Of a DNA stretch of 64,000 bases, positions 26,751-38,600 are shown piece after piece. The position numbers and the translations under genes were made by a program. The stretch spans positions 1 through 64,000 of the IMG/VR virus record IMGVR_UViG_3300028131_000823, one strand, 5' to 3'. Within the stretch, counting starts at the first letter, position 1. Every line of letters begins with the position of its first letter. The notes below the pieces were generated by a model. That model saw only the letters and a list, made by a program, of their open reading frames with translations, was not told where the DNA came from and did no database searches.

Positions 26751-29497
26751 TGTCAAAGTATTCATATTTAAGATTTTTTAATGGAGTTGAGAATGAATTA
26801 AACCTTGACTATGATTCTACAAATGAAAAGTGGAGTGGTGTTGTATATTTACCTGAGGTTTCAGTAGGCCTTTATGAAACTTTAAACTTATTTATATTAG
26901 AAGAGCTTGTAGATGCTAATGGCCAAATAGTATATGGTAGACCTGTTTCTGTAGATAGTAATGGTAGTAATTTTAAATTTAGTTGGAAAGACGATAGGTA
27001 TATTAGTAAAGATATTTTTATATATGGTACAAGTTTAGAAAACAATGCTGTAAAAATACAAAACCTAGATGGACTAAATATTCAAGTATTAGATCATACG
27101 GATGTTGTTTCAGTAATTGCAGGTTTAAAAACTGTAAATAATTTTACAAATGATGCAATACAGGCTAACATTGCACTTTCATCTAAGGCTGAACAAAGAC
27201 ATCAAAGAACTTTATTAATTACAGATGATAGTGATGGACATGAAGTTGCTGAAATAATAATATATGGTGAAACTGTTGGAGAGGATGAAAGAATGCAGGA
27301 CCTATTACAAAACATGGGTGCTACTCTTGATGATGGTGATTTTATAATTTTTAAAGAGCATGATATTAATGAAATGGGAATCGACTGGAGACTCATGAAT
27401 CAAAAAAGAAGAGAGCTACTTTTAGAATTACACAATATTAAACCATTTATTGGAACTTATAAAGCTGTATTAAATGCAATTGATTTTTTCGGTTATAATA
27501 ATATTACACTTAAAGAATATTGGCTAAATATAAATCAAGATAGCGATAGCTTTGGAAAACTAAAAGCAGTTTCAGTTCCAGATAAAAATGCTGGATTTAG
27601 TTATAAGAAAAGAAAGCAATTTAATTTGCCTTCTACTACAATGAAAAAAACAAGCAGATTTTCATTGGTTTATAAATTAAACGAGCCTAATGGATCATTT
27701 GATTATTGGGACATTCCTAATGTCGATGAGGTATTTGATTTTACACCGGAAGAGATTTTAATAAAATTATACGGTCTTAAGAATAAACTACAAAAAGAAT
27801 ACCTTCCACTTCAAGCAAAGATTGTAGATATTGTAGGAGAAGGAAGTTATTTTGATCAAAAGAATTTAAACGTTTGGAATAATCAACAACCTATTGTTTC
27901 ATTCAATGAAGGTAAAGATGTTGAATTTAAGGTTTATCCAGAAGATAAACAACTTTACGTTGAAGATTATGCACTTGTTTCAAATAATGATATTTTAATA
28001 GACAATGTAAATTTTGAACCTATTTCACTAGATGGTTTTGGAAATCTTAACGAAACTGAATATGAAACTTTATTATCAGATTTTGAAACATTTTACAATA
28101 ACTACTATATAAATAAAAAGGAAACTTTTAACAATGACACAGATGGAGAGCACTCAATTCCTGTAGGCTGTCCAATAATTTTAGAATGTACTTCACTTCC
28201 ACAAGAATGGGAATTTGCAAACTTTACATGGTTTGATGCGTTAGATTCAACAGTTACTTGGGATAACTGGTGGAAGCAGCATGTTTATGAATTAGAATGG
28301 GTAGTTACTGGACCTAATAATTATTCGCAAAGTTTTAGAGGCAGTATTGGTTATTATGAAACAGATGGCACGTTTCATCCTGGATATTTAAGGTTTCCAA
28401 TAATTGTACCCTTTGAAGGAGACTACAGCGTAGAGCTAAGAATGTATGACCTTCAAGGAATTATGAGTTTTAGAAAAGAGTCAGACTTCTTTAACGTTAA
28501 GGTAAAGCCACTTGAAATATATGGAATTTATCAATGGAAAGAAGATAATAGATGGAAAGATTGGAAAACTGATTGGAATAAAACAGGAGGTTATTGGGAA
28601 TTGCCAACTGAAAATTTACAAAAGGTTGAAGATAGTTTCCAGTCTTTATACTTAACAATGGATAGGGCTAATTATGTACACAATGAAAGTCAAGGTAAAG
28701 TTTTTAGTACGGTTGAAAGATATGTAGATACAGATCCTGTTAATTTAACGGGTTATAGTGAAACTACTGGACCTTATGTTTGGAATGAAATGGATCCAGT
28801 CAGATGGGTAGATGGAAAATATAATTGGTGGGACGCTACTAGAATTGGTGCTGATTTGACGGCAAGTTTTAAAATAAATACAATTCAACAAGGCAGTGTT
28901 TTAACTATTACACATAAAAACCCTACCACACATTTAATTGAAACAGGAATTCACACACTAGTTACTACAACTCCTACTAATAACTCAGATCTTTCAGGTT
29001 GGCAAGCAATTGCTGATGAATTAAATGCATCTACAGATTCTATTATTAGTAAGTTTAATTATAACCCAGTATTTGAAGATACTGATAATGATGATACCAA
29101 TGACATATTTAAATTCTTAATATGTGTAGGAAAAGATTATTCTTTTAAATATGATTTTGAAGAGGTGACATTAACTAATGGAACAATTTATGGTAAAACA
29201 AAATATGTTAGGTACAATCCTACATTTGATACTGTAAGAATTATTAACGGAAGTGCAGAGGTGGAAAGATCAACCCATGTTACATTTGCTTTAGATAAAA
29301 CACAAATGCCTGGTATTAAAAAGCCAGTTTGGAGAATATATAAAGATAGTAGTCAAGAAGAACATGATATATATTATGATAATATGTGGATGACATATAT
29401 CTTTAAGGACGCTGGAAACTATAAAATTTCAGCTGAAATAGAAGATACAAATGGTAATAGAAATAAAACCATTAGAAACATGATAATAGTAAAATAA
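26750..29497 (+). CDS. Baseplate wedge gp7/I-like protein with C-terminal PKD-like domains
   Basis: Follows gp6; IKPFIGTYKAVLNAIDFFG resembles the GT-x-x-A..ffg of gpI/gp7; F-x-x-EGDYSVEL and F-x-x-AGNYKIS PKD-like motifs. Confidence 0.55.
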   Translation: MSKYSYLRFFNGVENELNLDYDSTNEKWSGVVYLPEVSVGLYETLNLFILEELVDANGQIVYGRPVSVDSNGSNFKFSWKDDRYISKDIFIYGTSLENNAVKIQNLDGLNIQVLDHTDVVSVIAGLKTVNNFTNDAIQANIALSSKAEQRHQRTLLITDDSDGHEVAEIIIYGETVGEDERMQDLLQNMGATLDDGDFIIFKEHDINEMGIDWRLMNQKRRELLLELHNIKPFIGTYKAVLNAIDFFGYNNITLKEYWLNINQDSDSFGKLKAVSVPDKNAGFSYKKRKQFNLPSTTMKKTSRFSLVYKLNEPNGSFDYWDIPNVDEVFDFTPEEILIKLYGLKNKLQKEYLPLQAKIVDIVGEGSYFDQKNLNVWNNQQPIVSFNEGKDVEFKVYPEDKQLYVEDYALVSNNDILIDNVNFEPISLDGFGNLNETEYETLLSDFETFYNNYYINKKETFNNDTDGEHSIPVGCPIILECTSLPQEWEFANFTWFDALDSTVTWDNWWKQHVYELEWVVTGPNNYSQSFRGSIGYYETDGTFHPGYLRFPIIVPFEGDYSVELRMYDLQGIMSFRKESDFFNVKVKPLEIYGIYQWKEDNRWKDWKTDWNKTGGYWELPTENLQKVEDSFQSLYLTMDRANYVHNESQGKVFSTVERYVDTDPVNLTGYSETTGPYVWNEMDPVRWVDGKYNWWDATRIGADLTASFKINTIQQGSVLTITHKNPTTHLIETGIHTLVTTTPTNNSDLSGWQAIADELNASTDSIISKFNYNPVFEDTDNDDTNDIFKFLICVGKDYSFKYDFEEVTLTNGTIYGKTKYVRYNPTFDTVRIINGSAEVERSTHVTFALDKTQMPGIKKPVWRIYKDSSQEEHDIYYDNMWMTYIFKDAGNYKISAEIEDTNGNRNKTIRNMIIVK

Positions 29498-29511
29498 AAA
29501 AATAAAATAAA

Positions 29512-30060
29512 ATGGCGGTTACAGAAATTTTAGGAACAGATTCGCTTTCATCATCGAGAATTACACTTAATGATAACTTTACTTCAATTGAAGATGAAAT
29601 AACAAGCTTAAAGGGATATTTAGATCCAACAGCTTTAACTCTTTCAGGGGTTACTATTTCGACTAGTCAAATTGCAATTGATGGAGGAACAGCAGTAAAT
29701 GCTAGTTCAGCTACCTTTGGAGTTGCTAGTACGTTTAATAATGAAATTAATATCGATGCAGGTATTACAAAGAGTAGTATTAGGAAAAGTTCTTCAGACG
29801 GGCTTACATCAATGCCTGTTAATCTTCAACATTCTAGTTATTTTGTAGATGTAGCGGATGGATCAATTCCACTAGCGTTACCAACAAGTACAATAGCAGG
29901 TAAAGAAATTACATTAATTGCAACATCAACTGGTGATATTGAAGCTACTAATGTTGCAGGTGCAGCAAGTATTGCAATAGTGCAAAATGGAACACTTACT
30001 TTAAGATCAGATGGTACTTCATGGTACGTTATTGGTTCTTTTGGTGCAACGATTGCGTAA
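29512..30060 (+). CDS. Short fibre/baseplate-anchored structural protein
   Basis: N-terminal DSLSSSRITLNDNF resembles the gp9/gp10-type IN-x-NF anchor; beta-rich C-terminus. Confidence 0.5.
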   Translation: MAVTEILGTDSLSSSRITLNDNFTSIEDEITSLKGYLDPTALTLSGVTISTSQIAIDGGTAVNASSATFGVASTFNNEINIDAGITKSSIRKSSSDGLTSMPVNLQHSSYFVDVADGSIPLALPTSTIAGKEITLIATSTGDIEATNVAGAASIAIVQNGTLTLRSDGTSWYVIGSFGATIA

Positions 30061-30077
30061 AAAAATTATAAGAATAA

Positions 30078-32006
30078 ATGGCTACATCATTAGTTAGAAT
30101 ACCTCAAATCCAAGGAGGAACAATGTACGCTTTTGCAAGTGGGACTAGAGATTTGACAAGAGCTTTTAATAACCCAGATATTAAATTTGAGTTTAGTAAA
30201 TATGCTCTTTTAGATATTCCTAATTTTGAAACTGCAGTTTCCGGTAAAAATACAATGGATTTTACGAATATGTTAGATTATTCTGGTCTATCATACGTTT
30301 TAAAAGGAGATGCAGGTCATGATTTTGCTAACACCTTTCAAAACTATGCACTTAACTTAGAAGAAGAGCTTTTACAAGATGATGATTTTGACAGTACTTT
30401 ATATGGTTCAGATGCAGAAAAAATATTTTTTAAATGGTTAAACACTATAGGTGCTATTAGATTTAGAACCGCTGATTCTAATGAGTCTGTAAATCCTGGC
30501 TTTTATACTGAAGAACAAAATGCGTCAGGCACTGGAACTGACTATGATAGAGTAGTTAAATATTTAGGCAGTATCGATGTAGGTAATGATATACAATATA
30601 AAGGTAATGCATACCACGAGGTATATATTAATGTTCCCTCAAGCGTAGGATATACTCCAGCAGTATTATTTAACAATTCTCTTTATAATGCCTCTGGTAA
30701 CAAGACTTACACAGAAGCTGAAATTAGCGGTAGAGCAAGTCAAACACACCCTGATCCTAATATGGATTTAGAAACTTTAGTGGATGTTGCAGGCGTAACT
30801 CCTTATTATGATGTTGATTCTAATACTACTTCTAATTTTGAAATTGATTGGAACATTGCTAATTATAATGCAGTTGCTAATAATTCAGACATAAATAGTT
30901 TACAAGATTATGCTAAGCAAGGAGGAGACTTTAGGTTTAACGCAGTTCTTGTTTATTATGATTTATATAGTGATTCAGTATCTGCAAATAGAGAAACTAA
31001 TCTCTATGGTGTATTAATATTGGATAATCCTCAAGATAATCCTGGTGCAGCAAACAGTTCTTATATTCCTGAACTTATTAAATATAAGCCAAATGAAATT
31101 ACTGGCTTAAATGGAAATGCATTCGGTCTTAAATTAAATATTAAATTTAATTCATCTCTTGATAATGTTGGTGTTGAAGTTAACATTAATGACTTTACAA
31201 CATTCTCAATGGATTTATTTATGGATACGACAAGTGCCCTAGAGAATGCTGCCAAATTATTATCAGATGCGAATGCAAGATATACTAGAATTAAAGGCAG
31301 AGTTGATGACTTAGAAAACTTAGTAATGTCGATGGACTCAAGTGCTGAAATGCTAAGCAGAATAAGTTCATTAGAAACAGATTTTCAAAATGCAAGTGCA
31401 AACCTTGCAGATAGCAACAGTTTATTAGAATTAATTACAAGTGCCAATGGAAGAATTAATCAACTTATTGATGGTACAATTCCATCTGAAGTACAATATA
31501 ATACTGATATTTTATTTAATGGTCCTGGCATATTAGTTGACAAAACAGTTCCTAATAAAATTAAAATTAAAAACGATTTAAAAACATATGTATTTGGAAA
31601 GCCATTCTTATGGAATGAAAATACATTAAGTGTTTATAATGAAATTAAAGATACTAATCAGTTTAACCCATCAAATGCAACAGGTTTTGGAATATGGGCT
31701 AGACTAAAAGAATTTTCAAATCAACTTAGGTTAGTTGGTAAAACAATGGATCAAGGCGCAGATAATAATATTAATATATACATAGATGACAAACTTATAA
31801 ATTGGAAAGATGGCCAAAGTTATAAGATTGTTTTTGAAAACTTAAATTTAAGCGGGAATAACATTAACGTTTATACTAATTGGAAAGCTGGATATGATAA
31901 ACTAATTGGAAGTATATCAAACACACAAGTTGGAAACAATCCATATTTCGAAATAGTTTGTATAAACGCTGCGATGTTTGAATTTGAAATAGATGTTATA
32001 AGATAA
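30078..32006 (+). CDS. Probable virion structural protein (642 aa)
   Basis: Structural block, N/D/S/T-rich, central coiled coil. Confidence 0.55.
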   Translation: MATSLVRIPQIQGGTMYAFASGTRDLTRAFNNPDIKFEFSKYALLDIPNFETAVSGKNTMDFTNMLDYSGLSYVLKGDAGHDFANTFQNYALNLEEELLQDDDFDSTLYGSDAEKIFFKWLNTIGAIRFRTADSNESVNPGFYTEEQNASGTGTDYDRVVKYLGSIDVGNDIQYKGNAYHEVYINVPSSVGYTPAVLFNNSLYNASGNKTYTEAEISGRASQTHPDPNMDLETLVDVAGVTPYYDVDSNTTSNFEIDWNIANYNAVANNSDINSLQDYAKQGGDFRFNAVLVYYDLYSDSVSANRETNLYGVLILDNPQDNPGAANSSYIPELIKYKPNEITGLNGNAFGLKLNIKFNSSLDNVGVEVNINDFTTFSMDLFMDTTSALENAAKLLSDANARYTRIKGRVDDLENLVMSMDSSAEMLSRISSLETDFQNASANLADSNSLLELITSANGRINQLIDGTIPSEVQYNTDILFNGPGILVDKTVPNKIKIKNDLKTYVFGKPFLWNENTLSVYNEIKDTNQFNPSNATGFGIWARLKEFSNQLRLVGKTMDQGADNNINIYIDDKLINWKDGQSYKIVFENLNLSGNNINVYTNWKAGYDKLIGSISNTQVGNNPYFEIVCINAAMFEFEIDVIR

Positions 32007-32009
32007 TAG

Positions 32010-35000
32010 ATGGACACACAAAACTCATTTTCAGGAATAATCAAGCAATTCACACAGATGAATGCCAATGCGTTAGAAACTTTTGAGCGTATTAATGAGG
32101 CAATGACTAGTGAAAAGGATGCTATTACAGTTTCAGTAGACTTATTCGGTACGCCAGATGATGACGGCGTAACTACAATTAAAACTTATCAAATACCTTC
32201 GTTTGGGTTTATTGATAGAGAAATAAAAAGATTAGAAAATAATATTAAAGCATTGAGTGGTGTTGGAACTGCAGATGCAACTGTACAGATGCCTGACGGT
32301 AGCTTTAAAAAGATTATTGCAAGAAAACTTAAAACTCCTGCAAGTGATTTAACTTCAATTGCATTACCTACACAATTCGTAACTACAGATAATGACTTTT
32401 TTGAAGATTATTTAAATCCATTATTAACTGTTAAATTTGATGTTAGTAATCAAATTGTAGTAGATACTGAAAGAGTTTTAGTAAAAAGATATATTTTTCA
32501 AGCAAACGATGAATTTGCTGCAGCTTATTTTGATGACACTTATAATAATGTTGATGAGATTAATTATCAAACATTTGTAGAAGACTTAATAAGTAGTGGG
32601 GCAAATGCAACTATTGATGAACAGGTTAGAGACCTTCCTTTTAAATCAACTCAATACTATGGTGATTTTGATGTATTAGCAGTTGAAAATGCAGAAAGAG
32701 AATTTGTAGTAGACGGAACTCCAGTTATAAAAACAGTTAAACTATATACTTTAAATAAATTAACTTATACTGATGGAGATAAATCTTTAAATGATACTGA
32801 ATTTTTATCAGTTGGTGATGAGCTACTTGTAAATAGCGGCAACAACAATACGAGGTATAGAATTGAAAATGTATATAACGGTACTAGTCAACTTGAACTA
32901 AGATTAATTGAAGGTTTTGACAGTATTAAAATTGGAACTAGTCAACTTAGAATTTATAAATCTTTAGAAAACAAAGTAGATCTAAGCATTAATGTGGGAT
33001 TTGATGAGAGACAAGTTGTATTCTTTAAAGCAATTGATCCTGATTCTAAAATCATTGCAGAAAACTGGTCACCCGGTGTTGGTTTTTATTCTAATGATTT
33101 AACAATTGAGAACGAAGCTGGAGGAACTCAAACATTATCTGCTTTCTATAGAGATAGCGTTTCTGACTTTGGTCAATTTATTAAAGCCTTAAAAGAAGAC
33201 TTTATTCCACCAGCAAATGTTGGTATTGTACCAGATCCAGTTGAATTAAATGTAGATAATTTTCAAGTTGTACAGATTAATACACACTTAACTGAAAATG
33301 ACGCATTAGATAATATTAAAAAATTAAACACTGATAAAATAACAGTTAGTGAAAATTTAAAGAAATTAGATGACACTATTTCTAGTAAGAGAAGTGAAAT
33401 TGCTACTAAGAAATATAGTTCACAAATACAAAAAAATAAAGATAAAAATACTCTAAACACTCTTATTGAAAAAAGAAGTAGTGAAGCTAAATTATATTCT
33501 TCAGTTGTTAATCAAATCCAAAGCATTAGCACAGATCAGAATGTAAAAGATATTAAGCCTAAATTTAGAGTTAGAGGTTTTTGGAAAGTGCCTGAAGCAA
33601 AAACAAATGCGGATACGCTTCCACAAGAAATTGTTAAATTTAGTATTCAATATAGATATGTTTCTGCAAGTGGTAAAACAAGTAACATTGAACAAATACC
33701 ATTTACACAAGATAATAAAACTACAACTGCAAGTTTTTCAAACTGGAATCAACTAGATACTCCAACTAGAAAGAGATTAAAGGATGTGACTACGGGTAAA
33801 TATATTTGGACAACTGAAAGTATAGAAGATGGACAAGAAGTTAATTTTAATCAACTAGATCTTCCTATTAATTTAGGTGAAAATATTGAAATTAGAATAA
33901 AGGCATATTCAGAAGCTGGTTTTCCATCAACTCCTGTAACTTCAGATTGGAGTGAACCTATATTAATAGAATTTCCACAAGGTATGTTAGATACTTCTGA
34001 TGTAATTAACCTTGTTGAGGAAAATAGCAAAGAAACTACTTATGTAAAACTTGTTGATGAATTAGATTCTAAAGGAGTTTACACACATATTGCTGATAGT
34101 TTTATTGCAAATGAAAAATATTTTACACATGGAGCCGGTAATATCGCTTCAGGTTTTTTATCTTCTGAACAAACTCCAATTAGTTTATTAGATAAATTAA
34201 TAGATCTTCAAAAGGAAATAGATAGTCTTAAGGAACAATTAGAAAATGCCGAAGGTGAGTTATTGGCAACTATAGTAGATGAGGAAGGTAGAACAACCCA
34301 GGTTGAGGCAAACACTACTACTAAATTATTTGCAGGATATTATGTAGATGAGGTAGCTGACTTAAATATTAAGAAAGGAACAATTGTAACTAAGACTTTT
34401 AAATTATTATTAGAAAATAGTAAAGCAACTGACTTAGAATTAACTGCAAGAATAATAGGAAATAGAAATGATGCAGTTTATCCATCTTCTTCTTCGGGAG
34501 ACGAAGTTACTTTTGAAATGGGTACGCATGATTATAGCACAGGTACACCTGCTCTTGCTTCAAGAATTGAAAACGATACATATTACACAGTTGAAGGAAA
34601 ATATGATTTAGTTCCTATTCAATATCAGAATATGACTACTATAGAAGCTAACGCTGAAATATTTAACAATAAAGCTGCTATGCAATCTGCGCAGCGTAAA
34701 GGTCAATTTATATATGGTAGATATATGGATGTTACTGGTGAAAATCCATTATATTCAACATTGCCTCTAGATTATTTAACAGGAGATGATACTAGTTTGA
34801 CAAACGGTACTAATAGATTTGAATATTTTGGAAAGGCTGCTACAGGTACTGACGGTACTTCAACAAATGACTTCATATGGAAAGGTGTAAACGCTGAGGT
34901 AATTCAATTATCAAGTTTAACAAGTGGAGATTATGATGACTCTATTTATGTACATGTTGATCACCCTACTGTATTTACAGGTACAACCTATCAGGCTACC

Positions 35001-35558
35001 TGGAACAACATCTCTCAATTTGCAACATTATCAACTGATGATAATTATTCTAATCTACAGACACCTTACAGGTACGATAACAGTCAATTTTATCAGAGAA
35101 CTATGAAAATGTCGTTTAGTGATAATGATCAATTTTTATTAGGAGGTAAATCTTGTGGAGCATATTTATTTATGTCACCTGCTAGAATCGGAAGTTTAGT
35201 AGTTGATGGAGATAATAAATTTGGAAAAAAGACAATAGGTAAAGTAGATAGTAAGCAGGTTAATTCCCAAGTTGCAAAATCCCCTAATATTACAGTTGAT
35301 CTTGTTTTCCAATATAGAATGACTGATTATTTTGGAGTTACTGCAAGTGGAGGAGTTGATACTTCAACTGGTAGGGTTGCAGGTAAGAATACAAATCCTG
35401 TTTCTAATTTAACATATTCTAAAACAATTGGTTTAGATATATTTGATTCTAATGAAAATCAATTTTCTTTTGATTTAGAAGTGTTTGCTAAATATAAGCC
35501 ACAAGGATATAACTTAAACAATACTAAAACAGTTACTCTTACTAAAGCAGTTAGTTAA
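32010..35558 (+). CDS. Probable large virion structural protein (1182 aa)
   Basis: Structural block, coiled-coil and beta-rich segments. Confidence 0.55.
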   Translation: MDTQNSFSGIIKQFTQMNANALETFERINEAMTSEKDAITVSVDLFGTPDDDGVTTIKTYQIPSFGFIDREIKRLENNIKALSGVGTADATVQMPDGSFKKIIARKLKTPASDLTSIALPTQFVTTDNDFFEDYLNPLLTVKFDVSNQIVVDTERVLVKRYIFQANDEFAAAYFDDTYNNVDEINYQTFVEDLISSGANATIDEQVRDLPFKSTQYYGDFDVLAVENAEREFVVDGTPVIKTVKLYTLNKLTYTDGDKSLNDTEFLSVGDELLVNSGNNNTRYRIENVYNGTSQLELRLIEGFDSIKIGTSQLRIYKSLENKVDLSINVGFDERQVVFFKAIDPDSKIIAENWSPGVGFYSNDLTIENEAGGTQTLSAFYRDSVSDFGQFIKALKEDFIPPANVGIVPDPVELNVDNFQVVQINTHLTENDALDNIKKLNTDKITVSENLKKLDDTISSKRSEIATKKYSSQIQKNKDKNTLNTLIEKRSSEAKLYSSVVNQIQSISTDQNVKDIKPKFRVRGFWKVPEAKTNADTLPQEIVKFSIQYRYVSASGKTSNIEQIPFTQDNKTTTASFSNWNQLDTPTRKRLKDVTTGKYIWTTESIEDGQEVNFNQLDLPINLGENIEIRIKAYSEAGFPSTPVTSDWSEPILIEFPQGMLDTSDVINLVEENSKETTYVKLVDELDSKGVYTHIADSFIANEKYFTHGAGNIASGFLSSEQTPISLLDKLIDLQKEIDSLKEQLENAEGELLATIVDEEGRTTQVEANTTTKLFAGYYVDEVADLNIKKGTIVTKTFKLLLENSKATDLELTARIIGNRNDAVYPSSSSGDEVTFEMGTHDYSTGTPALASRIENDTYYTVEGKYDLVPIQYQNMTTIEANAEIFNNKAAMQSAQRKGQFIYGRYMDVTGENPLYSTLPLDYLTGDDTSLTNGTNRFEYFGKAATGTDGTSTNDFIWKGVNAEVIQLSSLTSGDYDDSIYVHVDHPTVFTGTTYQATWNNISQFATLSTDDNYSNLQTPYRYDNSQFYQRTMKMSFSDNDQFLLGGKSCGAYLFMSPARIGSLVVDGDNKFGKKTIGKVDSKQVNSQVAKSPNITVDLVFQYRMTDYFGVTASGGVDTSTGRVAGKNTNPVSNLTYSKTIGLDIFDSNENQFSFDLEVFAKYKPQGYNLNNTKTVTLTKAVS

Positions 35559-35617
35559 TAAAACTAATAGAGATATATAATCTTAAGTAATATTAAACTA
35601 AAAATAAAAACACAAAT

Positions 35618-38600
35618 ATGTTTGAAGGTGGAGATGACCCAATATTAGGTGGAGATGACACTGACTCAGGTTCTGGAGACGGCCCAACTGATTTTAACGA
35701 CACTGATTCGGGTGCCGGTGGAACCCCAATAGGAGATGGTGGAGATAGCGGTGGAGACGCTGATGGGGATGGAGTAGCTGATAATAAAGATGCTTTTCCA
35801 AACGATCCAACTGAAACTGCTGATACAGATGGGGATGGTGTAGGTGATAACGCTGATGACTTTCCAACAGATCCTAACGAAGACACAGATTCAGATGAAG
35901 ATGGTGTAGGTGATAACGCCGATGACTTTCCAACAGATCCTAACGAAGATACTGATACTGATGGGGACGGTGTAGGTGATAACGCTGATGACTTTCCAAC
36001 AGATCCTAACGAAGATACTGATACTGACGGGGACGGTGTAGGAGATAACACCGATGCATTTCCAAATGATTCAACTGAAACTTTAGATTCTGATGGAGAT
36101 GGTGTAGGAGATAACACTGATTCATTTCCAACAGATCCTAACGAAGACACTGATTCAGATGGAGATGGTGTAGGAGATAACGCTGATGCATTTCCAAATA
36201 ATTCAACTGAAACTTTAGATTCAGATGGAGACGGTGTAGGAGATAACACTGATGCATTTCCAAATGATTCAACTGAAACTTTAGATTCTGATGGAGACGG
36301 CGTAGGTAATAACGCTGATGCATTTCCAAATGATTCAACTGAAACTTTAGATTCTGATGGAGATGGTGTAGGTGATAATGCAGATGATTTTCCAACAGAT
36401 CCTAATCAACAAGTAGCACAAATTAATCCTAATTTAATACAACAGGTAGCTGAATCTTTAGAAAACTTAAATGGAACGTCTGATGGAAGCGATCCTTATA
36501 GTAGTTTAACTCCTTTTAAAATTAGAACAGATATAGAAAATAATGGAAGATATGACAACATTTCAAAACCATTACTTAGAACAAATCCTAAAATAAGCAC
36601 TAATATAAAGTTAATAGTTGAAAATGATCAAATGTATTTAGAAAGTTTTAATGCGACTGATCAACTTGCTGCTTCTAATTATAAAAAATATTTAGTTAAA
36701 GAAACTGGATCATATTCATATGATGTTGCTAAATTTTGGAATAAAGATTCTACACCAAATGATTTAGTTTATAAAGTAAAAAGAGATAATTCAGATTTTT
36801 CAGTATTAGATAGTTATGAAAAACAATTAGAAGAAACTTATAATTATGGTACTTCTATAAATTATAATAAACTATATGATAGTGAATTTGCAATGTTAGC
36901 TCCAATTTGGCTAGATAAAAAAGTACCTTCTAAGTTTTTAATCTATAGGGTTAAAGATCCGATAAACACAAAGAATTATTCTAATTCTGAAAATTTAGAT
37001 AGAATTAATGAAATGCTTAAAAATGCAACATTAATAAAGACAATTGATCTTTCTAATGACTCTGCTATAGGTAAATATATTAGAAATTATGTAAATGATG
37101 ATAGTTTTCCAGACTCTCCATTAACTGTTTCATTTAATAAAGATGAACAAACTTTTTATAATGGTATAGATTTAGAAAAAGGTGGCTTCACTAGTAAAGG
37201 AGAATTTCACTATAAAGATACTATTAAAACAGATAAACCTATTATAGAATATAATGATTTTATAACTGAAGGTTTTTCTAGAAATAATTTAGCATGTGCA
37301 AACTTAGTTAATTTAGAATTTTTATTTGATGATGAAGAAGCTGAAGAGTTTTCTATAAATAGGTATTTTGGAATTTATGTAGATGAACATAAATTAGGAG
37401 GAGGATCCGTTGATAATATTAAAAACGATTTATTTACATTTAAAAAAGACACACTAATCAGTGAAATGGATTTAAGCGATGTTGGTTCCGGAACTTATAT
37501 GTTACCTCATAATGTGTTTTATCAAAATATGCCAATGTTAGGTTGGATTAAAAGTTTTTCAAATTATCATAATATTAAAAATGGAGTATATTGGAATCGT
37601 AAAAATTATGAATTAAGAGCAGATACTAATAATACTGATTATAGTTTATTTACAGGAATTAAAAAGACTAATAAAAACATAGAGATTATTGTTAATACAA
37701 GTGCAGCTTCTGATTTTATTAAAATTAAAATAATAGATAACCCATTAAATGGAGATGAGTTTAGACTTTTAAAATTAAAAAAACAAAGATTCACAATAAA
37801 GATTGTAGTTAATGAAAATACAGGGTCAGTAACATTAAATGATAATACTGGATTTGGTTATACAAGACCTTCAGGCGCAACTGAATATGACACTCTTCTA
37901 GATTTAGTAAACAATTGGCCTATCAGTGTAGGTAATACTTTTGAAAAGTATGAACCTTCTTTAATTCAACGTGGCAATAAATACTTTATAGAACTTGTAG
38001 AAAAGCAATATAATTTTGAAGAAAACCATAGTATTTTTTGTTTAAATAACAACTTAACAATATTAGATGTTAAAAAAACATACACTCATATTAATGTTGT
38101 AGAAAATACATTTATAGCCGATAACAACGTTGATAAAGGTAGATTTGAAAATAATAGATTCTCAAATCAAGGTACTTTAAAGAATGTTGCAGATTCAATA
38201 AGTTCACTAATTAATAATTATACTTTATTTAGTTCTATTGTTTTAGAAAATGAAATTATAATTTATTCAGACGTTGACGGTTATAATAGAGAATTAGGAA
38301 TTTTTGTTAAAAATTTATCTTCTTCTAATTTCATAGAAATAAATGAGGAATCCTCTAATAAAAACATAACTTCTAACTTTTTATTAAATAATGAAGTTTG
38401 GTATTTAAAAGGAGGAAGTAATGTAAATTCTTCAATTTATATTAATGAAGATGATGAAGATGAAATCAGTATAGGTGAATATTTATTAGATATTGAAAAT
38501 AGATTTAATGAGGTATTAGACATAGTAGATGATCCAAGAGAGATAAATTCTAATTTTAAAAGAGTAATTCTTAAAGATAAAAACAATGGTATAGAAAATA

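Noticed and set aside
35593-36249. 218 aa minus-strand S/P-rich ORF
   Set aside because: Antisense shadow of the TSP3 repeat array (GAT/GGT codons give stop-free reverse frames)
35762-36406. Regular direct repeats as a possible CRISPR array
   Set aside because: Repeats are contiguous 66 bp in-frame coding units with synonymous variation and no unique spacers; no cas genes
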